Below the pieces are notes generated by a model, which was not told the origin of the DNA, searched no databases, and was given only the letters and a program-made list of their open reading frames with translations. Shown here piece by piece: positions 24,056 through 35,845 of a DNA stretch of 64,000 nt. Both the position numbers and the translations under genes were made by a program. How positions within the stretch are numbered: the first letter of the stretch is position 1; the number at the start of each line of letters is the position of its first letter. This DNA comes from Squalus acanthias. Its lineage: Eukaryota. Location of the stretch: NCBI GenBank assembly GCA_030390025.1, contig CM059433.1, positions 9,922,001 through 9,986,000 of the forward strand. Reading direction: 5' to 3'.

Positions 24056-24759
24056 AAATTGTTTAGAGGTGGAGAAAGTTTAATATTTTTTAAATTATAG
24101 GTTAATTTTTTATTTTAGTTAATTACAGTCATATCACTTGAATATGAATATCCACGGGCAAGGCTTTACCTTGATTATTCTTTTAATGGGGCTTCCCCCC
24201 CCGACCAACCCTCCAAACCAATTTCCCTACATTATGCCTCCTCTCCTGAAGGGGGTGATTCATGCTGGGGCGTGCTTCCAAAAGCACAGCCAGTGGCGAT
24301 TCAGGTGCCTATACATCAACTATCATCAGGCAATACCATTGGGTTGGGTGGGGGTGGGGAGCATTACAGCTGTGACTGATCCTATCCCCCCGCCCCATAT
24401 CCACACACTTGCACGTTCCAGTAGGTGTCACTGGAGTATAGCAGTCAGGAGTGGGAATCCTGTTTCATTATTTTTCCACTACTTAGTTCAAGGTATGCTG
24501 GAGAATCCCTATCGCTGCCCCACGTGAGATTGGAAAGCTCACCATAGACCAGGAACCAAACTAAAGAGCTGTCTGTGTGGCTCAGTGCCACACCACAGCC
24601 TGCATTTGACGACTGGGGCATTGGTGAAACTCCCCTTTAACAGTATTTAAAATACAGAGGCAAAGAATATACTGTAACGAGGAGCTGCACAACGTCCAAC
24701 GGAGGTGAACTGATTTTTCCTTCACATCTGGCCTGATTTGGACCTCGAGTTCAGTGAAC

Positions 24760-24980
24760 ACCTCTGATATGGGTTTTGCTGGAGTAAATAAGGAAAAACT
24801 GTTTCCACTGGCAGGAGGAGTCGGTAAACCAGAGGACACAGATTTAAGATAACTGGCAAAAGGACAGAGGGGAGAAGAGGAGAATTTTTTTCTTTTACAC
24901 AGCGAGTTGTTGCCTGAAAGGGCGGTGGAAGCAGATTCAAGAGTAACTTTCAAAAGGGAACTGAATATATACTTGAAAAG
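24760..24980 (+). mobile_element. CR1 3' fragment
   Basis: KEKLFPLAGG...RGHRFK...FFFTQRVV remnants. Confidence 0.7.
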
Positions 24981-25069
24981 GCCCCATCAAAGGAATATTC
25001 TTATGCAAAAGATATGACCGTAACTAACTATAAAAAATTAGCATTTAATTTTTAAATAAAATTTCCCCA

Positions 25070-25210
25070 CATAGGAATAGGAGTAGGCCATTTAGCCCCT
25101 CGAGCCTGTTCCGTCATTCAATGATATCATGACTGAGCTGTGCCTCAACTCCATTTACCCGCCTTTGCTCCATATCCTTTGAAATCCTTACCCAACAAAA
25201 ATCTATCAAC
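25070..25210 (-). mobile_element. CR1 3' UTR fragment
   Basis: CATAGGAATAGGAGTAGGCCATTTAGCCCCTCGAGCC 3' end as in other copies. Confidence 0.75.
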
Positions 25211-25660
25211 ACCAACAACCTTTAATGTAGTAAAACATCCCAAGGGTGCTTCACAGGAGCGAAATCGAACAAAGTTTGACACTGAGCCACATTAAGGATA
25301 TATTAGGACAGGTGACCAAAAGCTTAATCAAAGACGTAGGGCTAAAAATTCGGGTACTTCCCGCCACCCGTTACCGGCAGATTTGTGAAAAAAAATGGTG
25401 GCCGCCTCACTACTGCCCGCCTCTGGCGCCGGCCTCATCGTCTGCCATTTTGGTGAGGGCCATAGCGCTGGCCCTAGACATGCAAATCTAAAGAGCGTGA
25501 CGTCAGACGTCGTGCAACACTGACTTGACGCCATACTCTGTGAACTTGGACCTTATCGCTGAGTTTAGCGCTGGATCCTAAGCTCGCTGTCAGTGCTTCT
25601 TAAAGGGACACCCACATCTTTCAGGTAAGTTCGCATTTAAGCTTTTGGACTGGATTTTTT

Positions 25661-26332
25661 TGGGGAAAAATTCGGTTGCTTTGCGCCTCCCATTAGCGCC
25701 CTAAGAAGGCACTAATGGGTCGCAAAGCAACCTAGCGCCCGGGCGTGGCGCCGCCAACGCCTCCTGCGAAATTCAGCGGGAGGTTAGCGGCAGCAGTTAC
25801 CTTTAGCGCCACCGGCGATGATGTCATCGCTGTGAGCAGTGTCCCGCTTGCGCCCCGGCCGCGATCTTCGGTCGCTCCCCTGACTTACCGGCGGACGCTG
25901 TGTCCGACGGGGTCAGGGGGGGGCCTACCTGCGGCCGGGGCGGCGCTATTTAAAGGCAAGGTGCCAGGCAGCCATTCTTGTTGCTGGCCGCCTGCCAGCA
26001 CCTGCCCCCTTCTCTTGAGTGCCGGGCTCTTTTGCTGGCACTCTGATCCCTGGTGGCCCAGCTGGGCCCCGGGTCACGCTGCGCTGGGCCCCTCCCCTTT
26101 AGAAGGGGAGAAGGCCTGCAGTACCACGGCGCGATGTGCCGCAGAGGGTGGCGCTGAGGCACGTAGCGCCGCGATATTCCCTTGCAGCACCCCAAGAGGG
26201 AGGCGGGGCACTTCCAGTAGCACCCCGGTTCCCTCTTAGGAAGCTACCAATGAATTTCGGCTGCGGGGGCACTCATTTTTTCGGGGCGCTAAAAGTAGCG
26301 CCCCAAAGGGGGCGCAACTCAATTTTTCCCCC
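25661..26332. mobile_element. Harbinger MITE nested in the element above
   Basis: (T)GGGGAAAAATTCGGTT ... AACTCAATTTTTCCCCC with TTT on both flanks; many TAGCGCC/GGCGCTA motifs. Confidence 0.85.
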
Positions 26333-26450
26333 TTTATATTTTATTGAAGTAGTGGCTTGGTGCAATAGATGTTAAAAGTTGTTAAAGTGTGCAGGGAGTG
26401 CTGCTGGATGCATGCAAGGCCTTGGATGATAAAGGAAAGCCTCTGAGAAG

Positions 26451-26593
26451 ACAGAAAATGCTGGAAATACTCAGCAGGTCAGGCAGCATCCATGGAGAGA
26501 GAAACAGAGTTCATGTCTCAGCTCGAAATGCTGCCTGACCTGCTGAGTAGTTCCTGCATTTTGTGCTTTTATTTCAGATTTACAGCATCCGCA
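26451..26593. mobile_element. Palindromic PLE family B pseudo-LTR remnant
   Basis: AAAATGCTGGAAATACTCAGCAGGTCAGGCAGCAT ... ATGCTGCCTGACCTGCTGAGTAGTTCCTGCATTTT inverted pair, homologous to 12595-12657 and 63350-63420. Confidence 0.75.
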
Positions 26594-29304
26594 TGCAGAG
26601 GGCAGAGGAAGACGCAGAAGAAGAAGAAGCAGAAAAGGAGGAAGCAGAAAGAAGGATGTAACCCAGACAGCCCCTTCCTGGGCAGGCTATTCAGGATGGA
26701 AATATCTGCCTGCGGTCTCAGTGACCACAACCCCAATTCCCCTTTCAACATTAGTGCCACACCTTACCTTCCCTCTGTTACTGACCATCACAGCGTCCTC
26801 TTGGCCACAATGCTGAAATAAAAGCCACCACAAAGCAAACTTTCCAATACAACTTTATACATCTATCCATCCAATATGACATCAAGAAATCAACTAATCA
26901 CCCTTATCCCTTAGTGACTGTCTTGTGTGTGCCTTTGCCTATCCTACTGATGTCACACAGTGCTACCCCAGTGGCTGCAGCATGGCTGGTGGAAGGCTGC
27001 TAACTTTCAGTGGGGGACATTGCAAATGGCCTTGCTGGTCGACCTTGAGGAGCTGGTGGCTGGGAGAGTCAAATCGAGTGATGGTGTTTCTTCTTCTTCT
27101 TCTTCTTCACTCTCTTCTCCCTCTTCTTGGCCAACTATTGGCTGGGCAGGCTGCATTTCTTGGGTGTGTGAAATTAGGTAGGCACAAGGGTGGAGTTGTG
27201 GTGAGGGGAGGGCGGGAAAGCAAGAGGTGCATGTGAGAAGCAGAATAACGTATGAGGATACCAGCATCTTGTATCCTTTCTGTCCCGCTGCTGGCCAAGG
27301 GCCCAGCCATGTTCCATGCCAAGAATGGCCTGCACCGTCTCCTCCAAGGGGGTGAGGTGAAGCTAGGAATAGGAGGCGTACCTTGTGTTTGGTACAGATT
27401 GTTGGTAGGTGAGTGATTGCGGGGGGGCGGGGGGTGGGAGTCATGCTTTGAGCAGTGTGTGATGCTAGTGGTGCAGTTGGTAGGAGACGGCTTTTGAAGA
27501 TGCATTCACTGACCTTGACCACTGGTCTGAGGTCATGAAATTTCTTTGGGCACTGCAGCCAAGTCGTGGGGGCGACACTGCCTCGGTGATGTAGTCCCAC
27601 ATCCTTCTTTCTGTAGGGCCTCCTGTCCCCTGTGGGTAGAGGACCTCTCTTGCAGTGTTGACCCCCTGTACAAAGCTGGAGAGCTGTGTGCAAGACCCTG
27701 GGTGCCCCTTCCCTGGCTTGCTGAACCATTTGTGTTAGTGCTGAAGCACTTTTCCCTTTTTTTTTAGGTACAGTAGGCAATTCAGCTTTAACAGCTGAAG
27801 ACTGCCATTTGGGAATTATTTTTAATTTTTTTTTTAATAAGGCAGTTGAGCTCCAAGTTCAAAAAACTGCCTATTTTTAAATGATTTTTATTTTTTTCAT
27901 TTTAGAAGGCAGTTCCCCTTTAAGGGACCGACACTGCTTTCTAAAATGACAGCCTTGCTGTAAGAGAAGGCTGTTCTTGCGCCAGGGACACTACGGCCAC
28001 GCTACATTGGGCCTCCTGCTGAGACTACCGCCCGCAAACCAGCCTTATACAGTAAGTTTAGCGCTGTGCTAATGTTAATTAGCAAGCAGCACCAATATAC
28101 CAGTGCTGCCAGTGCCGTTAACTGTGGCCTGCGGTTGCACCGGCAGGTTTCCAGCGCTCTGGAATTGTTAGCCCTTAGATTTTAAGGAGCATCTTAAATA
28201 GTCGTGTCGAGAGGTAACAAAGGCAGGGATGAGGGTTTCAGCAGCAGATGAGCTGAGGCAGGGGCGGAGACGGAGACAGGCGATGTTATGGAGGTGGGAG
28301 TAGGCGGTCTTGGTGATGGCGCGGATACGGGGTGGGAATCTCATCTCAGGGTCAAATAGGATGCTGAGGTTGCGAATGGTCTGGTTCGGCCTCAGACAGT
28401 TGCCAGAGAGAGGGGTGGAGTCGGTGGTGAGAGACCGAAGCCAATGGCTTTAGGTGGAGGAAATTTCCGCTCATCCAATGCTGGGCGTCGGACAAGCAGC
28501 GTGACAAATCAGAGGCAGTGGAGGTGTCGAGAGAGGTGGTGGCGAGGTAGAGTTGGGTGTTGTCAGCGTACATGTGGAACCTGAAGTTGTGTTTCGGATA
28601 ATGTCACCGAGGGGCAGCACGTAGATGAGAAATAGGAGGAGGTAAAGGATATCGATTTCAGCCTCGAGAATTTAAATTGAACCAGCATACATAGCCTTTT
28701 GTGGGAGCAAACTCCAGATTTGCTCTACCCTTCGTGTGAGAAATTGTTCCCTGATTTCATTCCCAAATGACCTGGCTCTAATTTTAAGATTATAGGGGGA
28801 AAAATTCAGTTGGTTGCGCCTCCCGTTAGTGCCTTAAGAGGGCGCTAATGGAGCGCAAAGCAGCTAGCGCCCGGGCGCAGCGATGTTTGCGCCGCTCGGG
28901 AACTTAACTAGACATTTAGCGGCGGCGCTAAACTTTATCGCCGCGATCTCTTGCGCGCGCAGATTGTGACGTCATACGAGAGTGCAACGCCCTTGTGGCG
29001 CCCCGGAGCAGAATTTCAGTGGCGCCCCCATCCTTACCGCCTGGCGCATCCAACGACCTGTAGAGTGGAACGCTATCATTCGCTGTGGGGCTGGGGGGGG
29101 CGCTATTTAAAGGGGGCCTCTTCCTGTCTTTCTCTGTGGTGGACATTTTTGCACCACTCGTTCTGAGAGAGAGAGAGAGATTCGGAGAGAGAGAAAGAGA
29201 GACTTCTGCATTGAGTCAACGCTGTGTCAGGTAGTTTTGGCTACTCATCCTAACTTCGCTGGTACTTTGGTTTCTGGCCTTCATAACTTTGCTTGCTTAG
29301 AGAT

Positions 29305-30461
29305 ATGGGGGCTGCACTGATGGGGGGCGTCGTCCTGCGCCAGCTGAATCGGAGGACACAGAGACGCAGAGAGAGAGTGGCAATGATGGCCAGATGGAAG
29401 AGGGCCAACAGGCGTCTGTACAGGAGAGCTTACCCTCCCAGGGTATATCGTGAACAGCTCTCCTACATTCATATGTCTGAGGAGCAGTGTCTGCGAAGGC
29501 TGCGCTTCAGCAAGGAGGTGGTCACTGAGCTCTGCCACCTGCTGCAGCCAGATCTGCAGCCTCAACTGAGGTCCAGGACGTCTCTGTCGGTGGCAGTGAA
29601 GGTCACAGTGGCTCTGAACTTTTATGCTACTGGCTCATTTCAATCTGATGTTGGGGACATCGCCAATATCTCCCAGTTCGCGGTGCACTGCTGCATCAGG
29701 AAGGTCACAAATGCCCTCTTTAAAAGGAGACGAGAGTTCATCTCTTTCCCCATGACCCCAGACTAGCAGCAAGAACGCGCTCTGGGCTTTACGAGGATAG
29801 CGGGCTTCCCCATGGTGCAGGGCGCCATTGACTGCACGCATGTGGCTTTGCGTGCTCCGCATGAGAATGCCGAGGATTTCCGGAACAGAAAGGGGTTCCA
29901 TTCCTTGAATGTTCAGTTGGTCTGTGACCACAGACAGCTGATACTCGCTGTCAATGCCCACTATCCTGGCAGCTGCCATGATGCTTTCATCCTGCGCCAG
30001 ACTACTGTGGCAGAACTTTTTGAGGCACCGCATCAGCCAGTTGGTTGGCTTCTCGGGGACAAGGGGTATCCACTGTGCACCTGGCTGATGACACCGCTCC
30101 GTACGCCCAACACCCCTGCTGAGCTGCGGTACAACGAGAGCCATCAAGCTACCAGGAACATCGTGGAGCACACAATCGGCGTGCTCAAGCAACGGTTCCG
30201 CTGTCTCGACCATTCTGGAGGAGCCCTGCAGTACTCGCCTGAGCGAGTTTCCAGCATCGTAGTTGTGTGCTGCATGCTGCATAACATGGCAATCCTCAGG
30301 ACCCAGCCAATGCCACCAGGCCTTGGAGCACCACCAGAGGAGGAGGAGGAAGAGGAGAGGAGGAGGAGGATGATCAGCAGCAGCACCAAGGCGTGAGGGC
30401 GGCCCACAATGGTGAAACTGCAAGGGCCGTCCGTCAGCGGCTGATAGCAAGCCGCTTCTAG
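29305..30461 (+). pseudogene. Harbinger DDE transposase (HARBI1 family), one nonsense codon and one frameshift
   Basis: [83 protein letters not shown] at 29764-29766; frameshift near 30357 in the GAG run, after which another frame ends ...RAVRQRLIASRF*. Confidence 0.92.
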
Positions 30462-30772
30462 GCCCCTGCTGTGGAAATGGCTTCTGCCATTGAGAACAGC
30501 ATGAATGAACCCAACACGCAACCCCTAAGCCGGCCAAGGCACCACTGATTCCAAACACCAAACATGTATATTTTGAGTACCAAAACTTATTTATTTTACA
30601 AACTCTGTGTGTGTCATTTCTTCATGACAAACTCATACAAATAAACACAAAAAAACAGTCATTACCATAACTGGTTCTCACAACCTGGAGATCATGTGCA
30701 AAACACTCAACAAAAGTTTGACCACGAACCTCGGCCTTTAATAAAAAAATGACCAGCATTTTGTCACACCTC

Positions 30773-32616
30773 CTACATCGAGGGTGAACTCCTTCCCGTG
30801 CGCCCTTCCCCCCTTCTTACCCTACTGCTCCTCCGCAATGGGACCTCAGTGGCTGCAGCAAGGCTGGTGGAAGGCTGCTGACTGTCAGGCCCTGACAATG
30901 CAGATGCCCTTGAGGGACGGCCTCGACCAGCTCTGGGCCTGGAGGGCCCGGCTGCAGACAGCACCAACTCTGCATGGGCGGCAGCAGTCTGTCCTACAGG
31001 CGGTGGCAACTGCAGTGGAGAAGTGACAGTGGTGGCAGCAGGAATGCTGTCATCTTGAGCGAGGACAGCAACTCCCTGCTCGACCGGCACACTGGCACTC
31101 CCACGGGGCAGCACCTCAGCATCCGGAGCAATCTGCTGGAGCACAGATTGCTAGCCTGCTGCGGCGCGGTGAGAGCCCCGGGGAAGTGTGAATGAACCAG
31201 CGAGGATGGCAGCAGACAGTACTCGCATGGCCTCAATCTGAGTCTGCATGAGAGCAGTCTGAGATTGAATTGCAGCACTGAGCTTCAGTGTCGCATCCAC
31301 CTGCGCTGCAGCGAAGTGCTCCACACTCCTTGCCAGTGCTTCAATGCATTCGGGCACCCTACCCACTGCAGCCATGAGCTCAGTGTGCATGCCCACCGCC
31401 TGGGTGTTCATTTCCACGATCAGCCGCTCCTCCTCTGCGTCCAGTGCAGCAGGACTCGCTGGCATATTCTCCCTCCGGGGAGAAGGCCCCCGAGCTTCCC
31501 TACCCCCATCGCGTTGCTGCAGCCCGCTGGGTCCTGGAGCTTCACCCTCATCAGACCCTTCCCCCCTGCTCCCCTCCAGGGAAGGCGTGTTCCCAGTGTC
31601 GGCATGGGCTTCCTCGGGAGAGGGTGGCACTGATGCTCCGGCTTCCTCTTCCTCCTCGGCTGCAGCTTCACTCCCACTGGCAGCTTCAGGGCCCGTCTCC
31701 TCAGCTGGTGAATCACCATCTGAAAGCAGGGAGGTACAAGAGTGGCTTTAGCGTGAGGACAGGGTGGCAGTAAGGGAGGAAAAAGTGCAGCGAGTTAGTA
31801 AGTTGGATTGAAAGTGTCAAAGGCTGGTGTTGTGAGGGACAAGTGGAAGGACAGAGGACAAAAAGGTGATGACCTTACCATTGCTGTCCAGAACGGGGTC
31901 GGCGTCTCCAGTGGCGATGGGACCGATCACCCGGCTTGCCACAATCCTGTGGACGCGCTCCTCCAGATCGCTGAGGGGTTGCAGCTGAGGCCGCCCTCCA
32001 CCCGTCCGTTGCTGCTGTCTCCTATTATGCGCCAGCTTGGCCTGCAAGAAAAAGGACGGCGTCTGAGTAAATATACAGCCATGGTCTTGCCTGATGTGCC
32101 TCCCATAGGTGAATAGCCCTTACTGTATACAGCCATGGTCTTGCCTGATGTGCCTCCCATAGGTGAATAGCCCTTACTGTATACAGCCATGGTCTTGCCT
32201 GATGTGCCTCCCATAGGTGAATAGCCCTTACTGTATGCAAAGTATGGAATGTGTGTGTGTGCTTCATGAAAGGGCCATAGGTGTTGGATGAGTGTTGTTA
32301 ATTGTGGTTTTAAGACCCTCTGGCCATAGAGTGAGGTTGAGATGGAGGGATGGAGAGGTATTGCAAAAAAGCCACTCACCCTGACGACCCGAGTGAGGTC
32401 GTTGAACTTTTTCCGGCATTGGCCATGGGTCCTGGGCACCATGCTCCTGGAGGAGACGCGCTGAGCCACCTCCCTCCACACTCTTCTGTAGTCGCGCGGC
32501 AAAGGCCTCCTGCCACTCTCTGGGTACAGTATTGCTCTTCGGCGCTCCACCGCGCCAACCAGAGCATCCAAGGCCCGCTCGGTGAAGCGCTGAGCTCATT
32601 CTCTCACCCTCTCCAT
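30773..32616 (-). pseudogene. Harbinger Myb/SANT-like DNA-binding partner, 3 exons (32616-32380, 32041-31879, 31719-30773), two nonsense codons
   Basis: RFTERALDALV...VWREVAQRV...RTHGQCRKKFNDL, then RTGGG; donors GTGAGT and GTAAGG, acceptors TTCTTGCAG and CTTTCAG with compatible phases; stops at 32596-32598 and 31151-31153. Confidence 0.85.
32072..32233. repeat. Three perfect tandem copies of a 54 bp unit in intron 1 of the Myb-like gene
   Basis: TATACAGCCATGGTCTTGCCTGATGTGCCTCCCATAGGTGAATAGCCCTTACTG at 32072, 32126 and 32180. Confidence 0.97.
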
Positions 32617-33045
32617 CCTTGGCTGGAAAATGGATTCACAGGTCTCTCCAGGCCGAGATTCAAGGCTGCAATGAGCAGGGTGTGGCTGGGGAGCAAGATC
32701 GCCCCCCCCCTTTAAGAACTGGCCGGCGCCAGTGTGTCTGTGTTCCCTCGCTAACTGGCAGCACCTGCGCTGCACTCGCGCTCTGAGTTAGCGCCTCACT
32801 CCTCGGCCTTTGCGCCTGAAGACAGGTGTGCAGCGCCTGATTTAGTGCTCCAATCACCTCCAGGGGCGTTAAAAGTGAAGTTTCCAGTCAGTGCCGATAA
32901 TTAGCGCCAGGCGCTAATTTTTGCGCCCGGACGATATGTGCGCCCCAAATGGGGCGCGACTGAATTTTTAGCCCATATTCTCTTGTTCTGAATTCCCCCA
33001 CCAGAGAAAATAGTTTCACTGTATATACCCTTTATCATTTTAAAC

Positions 33046-33376
33046 TCTCTTCTCTTACTCTTAGGCAGTCCCTTGGAGCCGAGGATGACTTGCCTCCACA
33101 CTAGAAATGAGTTCTCAGGTGACTGATGAGTCCAATGCGGGACCGACAGTCTCTGTCACAGGTGCGGGAGACGATGGTTGAAGGGGCGGGTGGGTGGGGT
33201 ACTTATGTTGACGTGCGCTCCTTGCGCTGCTTGCGCTTGGCTTCCGCTCGCTCCCGCCGAAGAGACTCCAGGTGTTCGGCGCCTTCCCGGATGCTTCTCC
33301 TCCACTTTGTGCAGGCGTGGGCCAGGAATTCCCAGGTGTCCGTGGGGATGCTGCACTGTTGCAACATTCCCCACCG
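33046..33376 (-). mobile_element. RTE-clade LINE 3' fragment
   Basis: Homologous to 41972-42462; TSD ATCATTTTAAAC at 33034-33045 and 33377-33388. Confidence 0.88.
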
Positions 33377-33432
33377 ATCATTTTAAACACCTCGATTAGA
33401 TCACCCCTCAGCCTTCTAAACTCAAGGGAATA

Positions 33433-33851
33433 CATAGAAGATAGGAGCAGGAGTAGGCCATTCGGCCCCTCGAGCCTGCTCCGCCATTCAATGAGATCAT
33501 GGCTGATCATCCAAATTCAGTACCCTGTCCCTGCTTTCTCCCCATATCCCTTGATCCCTTTAGCCTTAAGAAATATATCTAACACCTTCTTGAATATATT
33601 TAATGAATTGGCCTCATTTAATGAATTGCCTTTTGTGGTAGAGAATTCCACAGGTTTACCACTCTCTGGGTGAAGAAATTCCTCCTCATCTCAGTCCGAA
33701 ATGGCTTACACCTTATCCTTAGACTGTGACCTCTGGTTCTGGACTCCCCGGCCATCGGGAACATCCTTTCTGCATCTAGTCTGTCTAGTCCTGTTAGAAT
33801 TTTATAAGTTTCAATGAGATCCCCTCTCATTCTTCTAAACTCTAGTGAATA
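33433..33851 (-). mobile_element. Young CR1 3' fragment inserted in an older CR1
   Basis: 3' UTR nearly identical to the copies at 35695, 38630 and 43495. Confidence 0.88.
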
Positions 33852-35227
33852 CAAGCCAAGTTTAAGCAACCTGTCCTCAGAGTTTAACCCTTTAAGCCCC
33901 GGTATCATTCTGGTGACTCTGTGCTGTACCCACTCCACAAGGCCAATACATTACAACAGCGACTGCACTTAAAAAATACTTCATTGGCTGTAAAGCGCTT
34001 TGGGACATCCTGAGGTCATGAAAGGCGTTATATATCTTTCTTTGAATAACTTGATGCAGAGTTGCAAGAGCAAAATGATTTTATGCTTCACTGGTGAAGC
34101 ATTTGTAAAGCACAGCTTCCCCCTTTCACAGCCAAAATTGCAAAATCTAGCAGCAGGCTTTCATCTTCCTAAAACGTATAGTTATTACGCAATGAGAAGA
34201 TTACAGCTATATTACACTGATTCAGTACAATGTGGCTGTCTGCAGGACAGCAAATCACAGGCAATTTGACAGACCTTTAATCACACAGCTGCTAAGAGAT
34301 ACACTCTACCCTTATATGCGCTGAAGGACAGTTTAAACAACAAGAAAAGATCAATTTAGAGTTTGATATTCCTTTTAAGTTTATGCCTTTGAATACTGTA
34401 AATTAGGCATGGTTCTATCATTTTGTATATTCTGAGGGTTTTTTTTTCAGCATCATAACGGATCTCAGATATTATATGATAGGATATGGCGAGACTATGG
34501 TCCTGAGATTCTGGTCGAGATCAAGGGTGGGGAGCAGGTGGATCAGCTGCCTGTAGCAGGAACTTGGGGCAGAACCCAGTAATGCTGGGATTTCATCCCA
34601 TTTTTTCACTTCAGACAATGGGTGGATCTTCTGCCTACCTCCCCCCATGTCAGGGGGGGCATGATGGGGGTGGGTGGAGTGGGGTTGGTGGGCGGGGGTG
34701 GGGGGAAGTTCCTGGACTACCCTGAAAACGTTCGTCCTTTATGTCCTTAAAAGGCCTCAGCGGAATACAGGCCAGCTGATAGCTGACATGAGGCCTTCTG
34801 AAAGACCCCAAACCTTACCCATTCCTCTATTCAAGTTTGATACCCTTATCCCGAAAGGCATTGTCTAAAGCCGAGATGCAGTTCCATGGGTGAGCGCTTC
34901 CCTTTGGTAGCTCGCCTGTGTGCCCATTCTTCATGTGTGAACTAGAGAGTGAGTGCTGGCCGGCTGGTTGACCATAGTGGAGGCGTAAATCACAGTCACG
35001 TCAGGCCCTGTCCTCAGCTGACATCCACAGAAGTGCACTTTCCAAGTGCAGTCATTGGATAGTAATGAGAAGTGAGAACATAGGAATAGGAGGAGGCCAT
35101 TCAGCCCCTCGAGCCTGCTTCGCCATTCAATTAGATCATACCTGATTTGTGCCTCAACTCCATCTACCCGCCTTTATTCCATATCCATGGCTCATTTTTT
35201 CTCCTTGAGTGCTCAGGCCAGTTACAG

Positions 35228-35607
35228 TCTCTCTTCACTTAGGCGGTCCCTCGGAACCGAGGATGACTTGCTTCCCCACTAAAAATGAGTTCTCAGGCGA
35301 CTGATGAGTCCAATGCGGGACCTGCAGTCCCTGTCACAGGTGGGGCAGACGGTGGTTGAAGGGGCGGGTGGGTGGGGTGCTTGGCTTGACGTGCGCTCCT
35401 TGCGCTGTTTGCGCTTGGCTTCTGCTTGCTCCTGGCGAAGAGACTCGAGGTGTTCGGCGCCTTCCCGGGTGCTTCTCCTCCACTTTGTGCGGTCTTGGGC
35501 CAGGGATTCCCAGGTGTCGGTGGGGATGTTGCACTTTTTCAAGGAGGCTTTGAGGGTGTCCTTGAAGCGTTTCCTCTGCCCACCTGGGGCTCTCTTGCTG
35601 TGTTGGA
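35228..35607 (-). mobile_element. RTE-clade LINE 3' fragment
   Basis: KRAPGGQRKRFKDTLKASLKKCNIPTDTWESLAQDRTKW...CPTCDRDCRSRIGLISRLRTH. Confidence 0.9.
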
Positions 35608-35692
35608 TCATACTCCTTTCATTGCCATGGTTGAGATCAGCAAACCCAGGACAGATCTGGGACCAGACCTGGAGCCCCCAGTTCCACATCTT

Positions 35693-35845
35693 CATAGAAT
35701 CATAGAATCATAGAAGATAGGAGCAGGAGTAGGCCATTCGGCCCCTCTAGCCTGCTCCGCCATTCAATGCGATCATGGCTGATCATCCAAATTCAGTACC
35801 CTGTCCCTGCTTTCTCCCCATATCCCTTGATCCCTTTAGCCTTAA
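35693..35845 (-). mobile_element. Young CR1 3' UTR with (CATAGAAT)n tail
   Basis: Same 3' UTR as 38630-38780. Confidence 0.88.

Larger units (their letters stand above)
25339..28174 (-). mobile_element. Degenerate PIF/Harbinger derivative with Myb/SANT remnants
   Basis: TIRs GGGCTAAAAATT / AATTGTTAGCCC; minus strand WLQCPKKFHDLRPVVK followed by a GTCAGT donor-like site, homologous to the Myb exon at 32380-32616. Confidence 0.75.
25210..28660 (-). mobile_element. L2 LINE remnant split by a Harbinger derivative
   Basis: MYADNTQLYL...SRCLSDAQHWMSGNFL (L2 RT) at 28352-28573; flanks AAAGACGTA and TTAGATTTTAAGGAGC rejoin across 25339-28174. Confidence 0.7.
28795..32974 (+). mobile_element. Full-length PIF/Harbinger DNA transposon (4180 bp)
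   Basis: 16 bp TIRs GGGGGAAAAATTCAGT / GGGCTAAAAATTCAGT; ATA on both flanks; two convergent genes. Confidence 0.95.
28670..33945 (-). mobile_element. Old CR1 fragment hosting Harbinger, RTE and young CR1 insertions
   Basis: Pieces 28670-28794, 32975-33045, 33377-33432 and 33852-33945 are collinear CR1 sequence. Confidence 0.75.

Noticed and set aside
29635..30561. 308 aa antisense ORF over the transposase
   Set aside because: Shadow ORF of GC-rich coding sequence
32072..32233. CRISPR-like array
   Set aside because: Contiguous tandem repeats with no spacers, in eukaryotic DNA
29305..32616. Domesticated HARBI1/NAIF1 host genes
   Set aside because: Both ORFs carry lesions and sit between TIRs inside a CR1, so this is a transposon copy
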